A stretch of 63,643 nucleotides of DNA, counting the filler, from Calcarisporiella thermophila CBS 279.70 (lineage: Eukaryota > Fungi > Calcarisporiellomycota): the NCBI RefSeq assembly GCF_041956535.1. It is 13 parts of 11 records of this genome, joined end to end, with 100 filler letters (N's around TTAATTAATTAA, not from the genome) between each part and the next. Parts side by side here need not be neighbours in the genome. Positions count along the whole stretch, not along the records: positions 24,150 to 28,302 come from NW_027192204.1; positions 28,403 to 35,729 come from NW_027192214.1; positions 35,830 to 38,891 come from NW_027192238.1; 10 more parts are not named here. The stretch is one strand, 5' to 3'. This document shows, piece by piece, positions 25,409 through 37,185 of this stretch. The notes under the pieces were generated by a model. That model did no database searches, was not told where the DNA came from, and was given only the letters and a program-made list of their open reading frames with translations. The first letter of the stretch is position 1. The number at the start of each line of letters is the position of its first letter. Position numbers and translations under genes: made by a program.

Positions 25409-26917
25409 AAGAATGAATTAGAATTAAGCAGCATGTAACAATAGCATTACAGCCTAGTGCAAACTTTCTAGAGAATAAATTGATTCTTTACCTTTTTTCT
25501 AAACCGTTAGGTTCTGTAAGGATTGCTTTTTGAGGCTCAGGAGATGGGGAAGAATGCAATCGCGTAATAGGGCCATCTGAATGAGGAAATTGAGAGCTTG
25601 ATGTAGATGAATCGTGCAATAAAACTGGGGATTTATAAAGCCCACAAGCTATGGAGTTGGAATCACTTTTATCTTGAGAGAAATTGCAGAAAAAAGAATT
25701 GCGAAAATGATAAGTGGTTGGAGCTAAATAATGCTTTTCAAGTTAGTGTCGTTTTTTAACACTCACTGGAAATACCCTGAGGAGAAACAGGATGTGGGCA
25801 CGAAGTTCTGGAAAATTCATCTTGATTGATATCTATTAGATCTTCAGAATAGTATGGGTGTTGAGTAGAGTCACCGTCATTAATCTGAATGGAAGCAGAT
25901 GGTGATGGAGACAGCTGCTCGACAAAACTACTAAGCAATTCACACCCATGCGCCTACGAAATCAATATAAGAAAATGCCACCTTTGTCATCGTTCATTTC
26001 GGCTGACTTCACTTACGAGCTGGGTGGTATTGGAGTCCACCGTTATATTAGCAGATTCGGTTAACAAGGCCACATCATCTGTTCTCGAAACTAGTTCGCT
26101 CAACTGTAGTATGTGAGAAGAGGAATCCACTTAAGCTTGACAATAATTCCTGAAAGCATCCCATCTCCATATGAGTTACCTCTTTAATTTGCTCAGGACA
26201 AGAACTTTGCTGAACCAGTTTATGTGTGGCTGGGCCGAAATAATCGGTCTTCCAATAAAGATAGAGAGATGCAGTGATGATGCACTTTAGCCATACTATA
26301 CCAAGTCTGCACTTACAATAAAAGTTGGAGCCTTCTTCTCGACAGCTTCGGGAGGCATTTGATGGTGTTCCTGAGAACTCTTTTTCAGGCGCTCCTTCCT
26401 ACGTAGGTAATATTTATGGTTTAATTTCCTCTTTCGCTCGCGCCATATTCTCGCCTTCTCCGGGTCCTCCATTGTCTCCTTGTAATATTTCCGCTGACGC
26501 TCAGCGTGCGCTTTTTTTTCACGTTCGGTACGTTCACAGGTGTCCTCAAGTGGGCGTTTATTTTTGGAAACATGCAAGATGGTAGAGTCATGCATCTTCA
26601 TGAGTGTTCAGCAATAAGAGTGAAATAAATGTTAAACGCAACGAAAAGCGAATAAGAGGAGAAGAAGAAAGGAGAGACGACTGTTTCAACAAAGGATCCA
26701 AGGAAGCGAGTGAAGGTTCATAATTTTCAACCTGCTTCTGTTGATGCATTTGTTTTCAATTTAACCCTATAGAGAAAGATGTATCAAGCTAAGTTATCAG
26801 AGAACATGGAGAGAGGGGGGAAATGTGGAGCCAAATGCGCAGTGATAACACTTCATACTGTATGTACAGTATATGGGATTGGAATCAGTAATAGAATTTG
26901 TATTGAAATCCCCCAGA

Positions 26918-27186
26918 TGGTACAGTTTTTGGCACTGTTAGATATCCGATTTCTTGTTGAATTCAAGAAGTGAGGAACAATAAAACAAAACAAAGTGAGT
27001 TTAAATAGAATCTCGGTAGGATCGAAATGAAACATTAGTACACCAATAAATACTGTAAGCTCGTGATCAATAAGTATATAAAAGGAAGAAATGATTAAAT
27101 ACTGTAAATAAATAATACAGTATATCGAACTCTAGGTAAGAAAATATTAACAAGTAATGTTATAGTAAATATTCAATCCCGTTACA
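26918..27186. mobile_element. Solo LTR family D
   Basis: TG...CA termini, 5-bp TSD CCAGA, homologous to 49454-49975 and 50066-50308. Confidence 0.85.
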
Positions 27187-27756
27187 CCAGATCACTGACC
27201 GATACTGTAAGTGCTCTTTCCTTAGATCTTCGACATGATCCTATAATATGTTTACAGTATTGATCTATATATTGACACTGTAGTATGCTGCCAAACCAAT
27301 TTATTCCATGATGCGAAATAATCACGAGTACTAAATCGCATAGTACTGAAGTTGATTATAAAATCAAACTTGATAAGATTTCTTTAACATAGTTGTATAT
27401 TTTGCCACTAGTAGTGATACATAAACAATGAATTCCAAGAAAACAAATCCAAGCTATAGCCAGGGTTTCGCTAAGGGATCGTGAATAGTATAGTAGTTAA
27501 TAATCCATATATTTTCTTATGTCCAGATGAGGCCCTAGTTAACATCCGGATTCTCGTTATAATTAAATATTTTGCGTATAAAAACTTAAAATAAATCTTC
27601 GATATTGTAAAATTGCTTTTTTACATCTCTTTTATGAATTTTGAACATACAGCAAGCGTTGGTTAAACCGTACTCGTATCTATTGCATATCGGGAGATAA
27701 ATTAGACAGAACATCAACTATAGTACTATTCAAGCATGTTACTATGCGTATTGTAT

Positions 27757-28077
27757 TGTAGCGAGATGTATCACCCAAGCTATACTACTCTAAACCATGA
27801 CATTGACACCTAAGCTTTCCCCATCTGTTTCGATGAGTAGTAATATATATTTTTATCTTTTTATTATTTTTACCATTTCACTTTAGAATATACCTCTTGG
27901 TTTTAACAACACCATATTGTTTTCCTCGACTCTTTAATCCCTTTGTTTTATTTATAGCTTCTCACCAATTTGCTATATTAATTAAGGTGAGGACACTTGA
28001 TAAATATAGCATATTGGTCTTTTAGGTAGACTCAATCAATGATGATTATTATTGCTAATGATTAAAGAACTGCTACT
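27757..28077 (+). mobile_element. Degenerate solo LTR related to 54110-54472
   Basis: TGTAGCG start, shared CTCACCAATTTGCTATATTA...TTAAGGTGAGGACA core, imperfect TSD T(G/A)TAT. Confidence 0.65.
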
Positions 28078-28402
28078 TATATGTAACACTTGTTTTATTT
28101 TATTTATTTTTGATTCTACTATTCCCTTCACTGTGAATGTAGAACTGGTCAGTATAAGCCTGGATTACTTTGAGAATGAAAAAACCAGCACTACAATACG
28201 CCATATTCTTTCTGTATGAAAGACACAAATGTCTCGTGCGAGGAGATCCGGAATTCATCGAGTGGCCGACCCCTGATGCTCGCTTAGAAAAAGATTTTAC
28301 TTNNNNNNNNNNNNNNNNNNNNNNNNNNNNNNNNNNNNNNNNNNNNTTAATTAATTAANNNNNNNNNNNNNNNNNNNNNNNNNNNNNNNNNNNNNNNNNN
28401 NN

Positions 28403-28456
28403 AGATCAAGTGGACAGCAGCCACAAACTAAGAGTAAGTGCTGGTGGGGGACCCCC
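28403..28456 (-). mobile_element. SINE family 1, 5' part with collapsed tRNA head (at contig edge)
   Basis: GATCAAGTGGACAGCAGCCACAAACTAAGAGTAAGTGCTGGTGGGGGA is joined directly to CCCCC. Confidence 0.85.
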
Positions 28457-28536
28457 GACTAGTTCTTAAAAGACGGAGCTTGAATATCTTTGGGATAATT
28501 TGATATATGATTCGTCTTAAGGCACGTGACTAAGTT

Positions 28537-28609
28537 GGTCACTTGGCTCAGTTGGCAGAGCGTCTGCCTAGTAAGCAGAAGGTCATGAGTTCGATTCTCA
28601 TAGTGACCA
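28537..28609 (+). tRNA. tRNA-Thr(AGT)
   Basis: Identical to 7832-7904; TTTTT terminator follows. Confidence 0.95.
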
Positions 28610-28876
28610 TTTTTGTGGACTTATTATAGTACAATATTTATATTCTTTATTTTTATTTCATAATTTGATGATATTTTTCCAAATCCAAGTAACATTTTCA
28701 TTCATTATTCTCCGACAATCATTTTGTTTTTAAATAATTTTTTAAAATATCTCATGTCAAATTAAGTGATGATATGAAAGAGTTCTTTTTAAGATATTTA
28801 CCACACACAAGGAAAAAAAAATTCATTGCATTAGGGCTAGCTATCGATAAGGATAAGTAAAAAGCATAATTATTAA

Positions 28877-29916
28877 TCATGTCGCCTTGCGATATAAAAT
28901 ATCATAATGGCCTATAGAAATAGCAGAGTTTAGAAAACATGCTTCTATCTTAGTGTTTAAATGTTCCTATTACCTGGTCTGTACAGGAGCTTTAGCGAAG
29001 GCAACCCTAATGCGTCATTGCTATCAGGAGTAAATTCGTGAAAATTAACTTCACCATCATGTCCGTCCAAGTAAACCACATCAACTGGCGTGCGTAAAGC
29101 ATTGCATAGAGCAATAATATGGATTTCATCACTCTCGCGTCCCATACTCTCAACGTGCATTTGACAAAATTGGTCCATAGATATACCAAAATCAAGAAAC
29201 GGTTCGTATAGAATGGCATTCAATCGCAGATATGCGGAGGTAATAAATCTCAAGTGCATTACAATAGAGTTGGATACCTCGTCAGACTGAAATGTGGCAA
29301 GAAGAGTTTCTGAGTCATGGCTAGCAATATTATTGAGGACATTAAGTGCGGTATCGTAAAAATCTTCGTAGGCGAGTGCATCAAAACCAGCAGATTTTAA
29401 TAATTGAGATGTTGACTGCATTAAAACAATAGCACGATCAAGCAATGAAGCGTCACGAGAGAGCAGGATTGCCTCATACCAAGAGAAAGCAAAGGCTTTA
29501 GAAAAAATATATTAATGAAATGCCACCCAATTGCCTCGTACAGCTTACTAACCTCTAAAAAAGCAATTTCCTAATAAACTAAATTAATTTTTTAAATATT
29601 AAACATTGAATACTAAATGTAACTAACCATCTCCACGACATCGTCTTATCCGATCGTAATTCTGAGTTAGTTGAGTAATTTTTCTTTTAAATGCTGAACT
29701 CCCTTGTGCATATTCCTCATATAGTTTATCAAGTGGATCAGGAAGGCTAACGAGCGGATTCTTTGATGCCTCTGTGTCTCGGAGGTTGGCTTCAAAAGCC
29801 AAGATTTCCTCATCTGAAGGACGTACAAATTTTTCTTCCTCTACTTGCTTTTCTACCTGCGATATTTGAGTATTCTGTTCAGGATTCTGCGAAGTTCCTT
29901 GCTGTGATTCACTCAT
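28877..29916 (-). CDS. Otubain (OTUB1-like deubiquitinase, peptidase C65); multi-exon
   Basis: Spliced IRRCRGDGNCFFRAF and LLYRPGHYDILY catalytic motifs. Confidence 0.92.
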
Positions 29917-30002
29917 TTTATTCCCCTTTATGAAATAATTGTAAGGGCAAAAAATAAATTTCTATATCTAACGATATTAGTGGCAATCGACATCCAAATT
30001 AA

Positions 30003-32367
30003 ATGGCGCAGTTCATAACTTACAATACAGATAGGTCAGACTATTCATTGTGCGCCATAGATCATTTGAAAATAAAATGGATAGAGGGTATGCTCCTTCG
30101 CCATCCTACGATGATGCACGAACGCCATCTTCATCAAACTCATCCAGGAAGAAGATTTCTGCAGCAGATGCTTTTGAAATCGCCAAATCACATCATGCCT
30201 CGTTTCGTCAATTTTTGTCTGACCGCCTTGGGAAAGGTTAATAACAGATTGCTTAATCATTTCTTTTTTTTTCCCTCGCATACTTAACGCATATGTTATT
30301 GAAACAGAGTTTCCATCTAATCCCCGATCAACTGCTCGCGATAAACTAACCCGTTTGACGCGACAGCAGTTCCAAGAGTTGTCAACTGATGTATTTGACG
30401 AATTAATGAGACGTAACATGAATGATAAAAATAGTATGTTTTCTTGATATTATTAAAAAAAAGCATTAACATTCATGTTTTATTATCAATCTTCTAGCAC
30501 CATTTCTTCCTGTACGAGACGATTTCCACCCCAAACGCAATCAAGCGAGGCAAAAACTCGCCACCCTTCCCAAAAATCGTTTTAAGGATCTGGCAAGTGA
30601 TGTATTTTATGAGCTTGAGAGACGATTTCCTGAATTAAAGGAGGCACGGGTAGGACCAAATGCGTCCCTGAAGTGAAACCATTTAGATTTCTTACTAATT
30701 CTTTGTTACAACATCTAAAGGAGACACCCCTGCGGGCAAACATCCCTGACGACGACTCGAATAATTTTAGGAATGAATCTCCTTATACACCTCAACCCTC
30801 CCAATCAAGCAATATTGTACCGGTGAAAGGCATGATTACTGTTGAGAAAGTTGAGGTAAACGATCGCCCCCCTTCAACTGACTCCCGAATAAGTGGTGGA
30901 TACTCGCGCACTCGCTCCGCTGCAGAGGACACAACTATGATGAGTAATGTGTCTAGGAGTAATGTAATGAGCAACACCACAGGCATGACCAGTATGTCTA
31001 ATGAGAGCAGGGGCGGAAGTGGGATGAATTTTGCATCACTTGATAGTCTCATGTCAGATCTGGGCAATATGATAAATGCAAATACAAAAAAGATGGAGGC
31101 AGATGGATACTCATACGAACAGGATCGATATAATAACAATCGAGGGGTAGGTTTTATGATTTGTTAGTGTAAGTGAATAACGATTAACAATAGGATTTAA
31201 TATTGAATTTTTAACTTTTTTAGACTACATCAAGTAAGCCAAGCATCTCTAGCAGAGATACAATGGTAGTTTATCTAGAAATATAGTCACATACCCATGA
31301 TAAATATCTCTGATCACTTCATCACTATAGAACTCTACTACCGATGATCGTATGAAATCCGATTACGAACTTCGTATATCAGCTATGAGAAAACGTATTG
31401 CAATACTAGAATCTGAGCTAATGGTGAGTTAACTTATAATGAAGTGCATTTACTACACTCCTGATCTCCTAATTCATTTTCGACGATTGTCAGTCAAAAA
31501 CTGGCCGGAAGTCGCAGGGTACTTGGCTCCAGCAACTTGAGGATCAGCTGCGTCACCAGAAAAAAGTGAATCAGCAACAGGCTGCTAAAATTTCGCAAAT
31601 GCAATCTGAATATGACGAACTTCTGGAAAAGTATCATCGTCAGCTTGAGGTTGCAGACGATATTCGACAAGAAGTTACCGCTCTGCTTGAAGAGATTAAA
31701 GAGCTGACCCGACAAAATGATGAACTAACTGCCGCAAGAGAGCGCGATACAGAGGTAATTTCACAGTTATCTCGAGAGGTATCAAATAGGCGCGCATCCT
31801 ATGAAAGAAAAGGCGGATTGAGGAATGGAGGAAATGGAGTGAGAGAATTGGACCGACAACAGACAGATATAGTTAAAATGAGCGAAGTGAATCCCTCTAG
31901 CGGAGGAGTTATCGATGAAAGAGTATTAGTGCAATACCAAAAGGCGATTGATAACCTTTTACACGCGGGACGGTAGGCATACTATCATTGCTATTTTCTT
32001 AAATTCCTCCTCACAATAACATTTAATGAATACTATTTGGAATAGATCTGATCTTACTTCGAATGTACTAATGTCGATGAAATCAGTGGTTGTCGCCTGT
32101 AAGGCAATAACAGAAGATGTTGAAAGTCACCAACCTGCATCAGAAGATGAAGATGAGACGCTTGAAAACCTAAAATCCCAGCTATCCGCTGATTTGACTC
32201 GGCTTGTAGGCGCTGCCAAGAATCATGCCGTTGGAATGGGCATCTCGCCTGTCAGTTTACTTGACGCAGCTGCGAGAGACCTTACAGATGCTGTGGTCAG
32301 TCTCGTGCGCATAGTAGGGGTGAAACCTGATATGAGAGGAGATATGAGAGAAAGCGAGTTAATGTAA
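30003..32367 (+). CDS. SPA2: Polarisome scaffold, Spa2/GIT family; multi-exon
   Basis: Two Spa2-homology repeats (ARDKLTRLTRQQFQELSTDVFDELMRR; RNQARQKLATL...LASDVFYELERR), a coiled coil and a GIT1_C-like end (SPVSLLDAAA). Confidence 0.88.
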
Positions 32368-33987
32368 CTCAGCACACTAACCCCTTTTTTGTACGCTTCT
32401 TATTTCATCCTTTTTTCTATTTTTCAATGGTAATGCATTTTGGATCTCTTATCTACCTGTTGTTCAAATACTTTTCTATATTTTATTTCATTACTTAGTA
32501 TGTGAGAGTATACTATGATTATTATGTTAATTAAGAGAGTTAGTCTCACTTCTTGTTTCTTATCCCTTACTTTGTATATATAATAACTACTAACTCCTCT
32601 TGTTTTTTATGCAAATAAAAGAATAATTTAAATTTTTTCTTTAGTAAAATTTTGTTCATTTGCTAGTATGAAAGGGCAACATGTAAAAAAGTTCAAACAA
32701 TATGCACAGCAGAAGAGCTACTCTTTTCCAATCGAGGTTGCCGTTCTAGCGATCTTATCCTGCATTACCCCTACCACGACTAAAAATATAAGTGGGTTAT
32801 TAATATTCCAATTTAATGTAAGAGAATTCACCCTTAAATATACCTCTTAAATTGCTTTGCTTCGTATTAATGACTTGTTGTAGTTTTTCTAAATTCCCTC
32901 GCAAAAACTCGACTTTATTCTTATAAAACTCTACGGCATCCTTAGTTTGCTAAACGAAAAATAGTTTATATTAATCGTACTGAGAAAGGCGTACACAATG
33001 GATTACTTACTTTTTCAACAAAATATCCCGTTCCAATGTCTACAATTACTTTTTCCACATCAGCGATGGCGCCAGGGACGTAAAGTGAACTAGTAAGCGG
33101 TACAAGAATGGGCCTCTCTAATATACATGGAATTTAGAATTATTTTTGATAGTTTAAAAGGGTGAATCAATCTATACCCGCATCGGATTGGCTTAACATC
33201 TTAACACTTTCCCCACAATCGACGAATTTAGCCTGTGCTGAGCGTAATTGTGCGTATGAGTTCGTAAGATGGGAGAGTTCCTGGTAATTATGTTTGAGAT
33301 AACGCGAATTTATTCATTATAATCTAGAATCTAATACCTCTTCTAGTTGAGTTTTAATTTGTTGAAGTTGAGGCAGTGGAAGTTCGCTTACATCGACGGT
33401 TTGAGGTTCTTTGGAAGACATATTATCTGATTGAAGCGATCGTATTATAAAGGTATGATCAAATACGCACTAATATTTTTAAACGTGTTTTTGTGGCTTA
33501 TCGAAGAATTCTAATGTATAATTGTCATTTTAGTGATTCTATATCCAGATTGAGGATAAAATAAATTAGATAGAGCTATAAATATTAGCAATCTATATGG
33601 ATGCGCCCATTTGTCATTCAAAGATCCATGGAATCATTTCAAAAATTTTTCATTCAAACAAACAAAAAAAGAGATTTTCCAAATTTATTTGCAAGAGAAA
33701 TGAGGAAATATAAATACAATAAAACAAATCACTAATCGTATGATACACTTCGGTTGAGTTAAACGATTCTCTCTACGTTAATTTGACATAAGGAAATGCT
33801 TGCATCTCTTAAATTCAATGTTTAATTGTTTAGTATTGATTTTAAATATGTATATAGGAGTGTAATTGTAAGTTGAGCTGGGTTTAAAAAGCTATTTTCT
33901 GAATTAAAATCTGCGTCATCACTTTTCCAATTATTAAAGGATTTTGTTTGTGATCATTTTTATTGTGGATCACTCTGATCATTACCA

Positions 33988-35500
33988 ATGTCTTTGGCAA
34001 TGGAAAAGAAGATTGTGCACTCAGAATTTAAGGATCTCGTTCCGCTGAGAGCACGTAAAGATTATAATGATGATGATGACGACCTGATGGACAGGCCTAG
34101 CGAGGAAGAAGTCCGGGCATGCACCGAAAGAACAAGAGCAGCTTTGGAAAAGATCACTCAAGGTAATATTTTTTTTTCTCAATTGATTAGATCATGCCTT
34201 TTAATACAATGTAATTTTATTGCTTTAATTAGGCAAAATTGCTGCCTCACAACCTAAGAATGTAAAAAAGGAAAGCAAAGAGCCAACTTATATACGGTAC
34301 ACTCCGCAACAGCAAGGCGCCAGTTTCAACTCTGGAGCTAAACAGCGCATAATCCGAATGGTTGAAATGCAATCAGATCCATTAGAGCCACCACAATTTA
34401 AACACAAGAAAATTCCGCGTGGCCCCCCCTCTCCTCCTGCACCTGTACTTCACTCGCCCCCACGCAAAATTTCTGCTAAAGAGCAGCAAGAATGGGTGAT
34501 CCCCCCTTGTATCTCAAACTGGAAGAACGCAAAAGGCTATACCATTCCTCTCGACAAGCGATTGGCTGCAGACGGACGTGGTTTGCAGGAAGTAAGCTTT
34601 CATTTTAACTTTTACAATGATCAATAATCTCACCTTCAGTTTTCTTTTAGGTGCAAATCAATGATAAATTCGCCAATTTTGCTGAAGCACTTTTTGCGGC
34701 CGACCGTCATGCACGTGAAGAAGTTCGACAACGTAATTTGATGCAACAAAAACTGGCGCAAAAGGAGAAAGCAGCGAAAGAGGAGCATCTCCGTATGTTG
34801 GCACAAAAAGCGCGTGAAGAAAGGTAAAATACTCCTCGTTTTTCTGATTTAAAATTTTTGCATTAATTCATATTGTTTAATTTTATATAGAGCGGGTATT
34901 TCTAGATCAGCTGAAGATCGATCAGACGAAGATGAGGATGACGCTTCAGTTCGTGAGCGTGAGGAACTCCGAAGAGAACGACAACGTCAACGTGAGAGAG
35001 AATTGCGCATGTCAAAAATGGGGTCCGAAACACGCGCCAAAGTGCTCGCACGTGAGCAAGGTCGTGATATTTCTGAAAAGATTGCTCTCGGGACTGCCAA
35101 GCCTACAGTTAGTCGAGACACGATGTATGATGCACGCCTTTTCAATCAATCGAGTGGATTGGGCTCTGGATTTAAAGATGATGAAGCATATGACGTCTAC
35201 GATAAGCCTCTCTTTTCGGGTGGAAGTAACAGTCTCTACCGATTCCGCAAGACAGAGGACGAGGAAGGTGGAACTGAAGAAGATATTCAACGACAGATGG
35301 GTAACGACCGATTTGGACTTGGTGGCTCCACACGAAGTTTCCAGGGTGCAGATCGAAGTCAACCTCGAGAAGGACCAGTTCAGTTCGAAAAAGAAGAGGC
35401 CGATCCGTTTGGAATTGATCAGCTTTTAGATAGTGTGCGAAAAGGGAAGCGAGGACTAGAAGAGGCTGGAGAATCAAGTAACAAACGATCAAGAGATTGA
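33988..35500 (+). CDS. PRP45: Pre-mRNA splicing factor Prp45/SNW1 (SKIP); three introns
   Basis: PPSPPAPVLHSPPRK, ISNWKNAKGYTIPLDKRL, RDISEKIALG and GPVQFEKE motifs. Confidence 0.93.
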
Positions 35501-35829
35501 TACTTTTACCAATAATGCTGTTAGGTTATTATTTTATTCGATTTATTGATTTTATCTTCCATTGCTTTCGTATTTTGTGTGTAAATAAAGAGTCGAGACT
35601 AAGAAAGACCAATTGCAATATTAATTTAGGAAAGGGACTATATCAATACTGTTTAATTATATAACTATACATTATAAAAAAAAAATGGAACTGATAGAGT
35701 ACCTTTGAAAGGTTAAAAGAGAATAAAAANNNNNNNNNNNNNNNNNNNNNNNNNNNNNNNNNNNNNNNNNNNNTTAATTAATTAANNNNNNNNNNNNNNN
35801 NNNNNNNNNNNNNNNNNNNNNNNNNNNNN

Positions 35830-36084
35830 AGGAGGGTACGGTGTTCTGGCAGTAGAGTGTTTTCAATGTGGCCTAGGAGTTCTTCTTGGTCCGCCGAGGA
35901 TGTTGGGCCGGCGGAGTATAGTTCTGTGTAGAAGCGGTTTGTTAGTATGGCCATTTCACTTGGGTCCTCAGTATTTACTCCGTCTGGCTTTTTGAGTGCC
36001 GTCATCGCGTTGACGGCTCGTCGACCCGCGATTCGGCGGTGGAAGTAGGCTGAGGATTTTTCCCCCGCGTCGGTCCACGTTATT
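35830..36084 (-). mobile_element. LINE ORF2 fragment (linker between endonuclease and RT), 5'-truncated at a TSD
   Basis: WTDAGEKSSAYFHR...FYTELYS, typical of L1/Tx1 ORF2. Confidence 0.85.
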
Positions 36085-36300
36085 CTGGGTAGTATATCTG
36101 TTTTTTTTTTGATCAAACTGGGTAGTATATCTTTTTTTTTTGGGATCTGGGTAGTATATCTGATTTTTTGATCAAAGTGGACAGCGATCACGAAATAATA
36201 GTGATGCTGGTGGGGGAAGTGGGATTCGAACCCACGCCTTTTCATTCGGCATCCCTGGGATAGTCCACTACACCATCCCTTCCCCCTGGGTAGTATATCT
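36085..36300. repeat. Four copies of CTGGGTAGTATATCT (stacked TSDs)
   Basis: Copies at 36085, 36118, 36147 and 36286, each pair separated by a poly(T)-headed insert. Confidence 0.92.
36164..36285 (-). mobile_element. Short (~120 bp) SINE variant: tRNA head plus short tail
   Basis: Same head as SINE1 but ends at TTGATC-poly(A) right after the first ~40-nt tail segment; flanked by the TSD. Confidence 0.85.
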
Positions 36301-36369
36301 GAACCAAAAAATGTGACTGAAAAATTAGTAGTTAAATAACATTAAAAACGAAAAATTTTGTGCGAGATT

Positions 36370-36452
36370 CCGGCTATAGCTCAGCTGGTAGAGCGGAAGA
36401 CTGTAGTGTCTCAGCAATCTTTAGGTCCCTGGTTCGAATCCGGGTGGCCGGA
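36370..36452 (+). tRNA. tRNA-Tyr(GTA) with 10-nt intron (36407-36416)
   Basis: Acceptor CCGGCTA/TGGCCGG; anticodon arm GAAGA-CTGTAG[intron]A-TCTTT; canonical 37/38 intron position. Confidence 0.93.
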
Positions 36453-37185
36453 ACATATTTTGAACTAATCTTTTAACCAACATGTAAATATTTGCTATAT
36501 GTAAACTTTGAAAATTATAATATAAAGCTTTTGAATAGTCTCTACATTTTTTTCATTAAAATTGAGGTTCAGGATCAAATTGCTCAACTGGAATTTTGTG
36601 AATGAAAATTTTTGTGACAATTATAGGAAATCTTATGAAAGTTGGTTAATATAGTTATAATCGGTTATTTAAGGTGAAGCTTTGGCTTTACCAGTATACG
36701 ATATCCCATAAATAAAAAAAAAAGAAGGAATTAAAGAAAAAGTATACTAAATGCCTGAAACCATCAGGTGTTTTGTAAGAAATATAGGTAGAAAAGAAGA
36801 AAGAAAAGGAAGCGGAATAGAGTATATAAAGAAGAGAGTGTGTCACTGCATTATCTGCCTTTTTTCTTGTTAGGAAAATCTTTTTTAAAAGTATCCTTTT
36901 ACTGCATAACCCACTAGATTTTTTTTTTAAATACGGATCTTTATTGTAATGTATCCTAATGATATTAGTTGACGAAGGTGAATCAAAGATAGTATGCCTA
37001 TGTGTAGGTTATAGCCAATTACTTAGGCAGATGTTACAGGATAAGTAAGAAGCTGTAATAGTAGAGAGTTCAGACACGACAAGTTAGAGTGATAGTAGAG
37101 AACTCAAATCGGACAAGACAAAGACAATACAAGTGGAGAGGTCAGATACGAAAAGACAGAATGCGAGTGATTTTACATCCAATAC

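Noticed and set aside
36085-36300. CRISPR-like repeat-spacer array
   Set aside because: 15-bp repeats, irregular poly(T) spacers matching retroelement tails, eukaryotic context and no cas genes; better explained as stacked TSDs.
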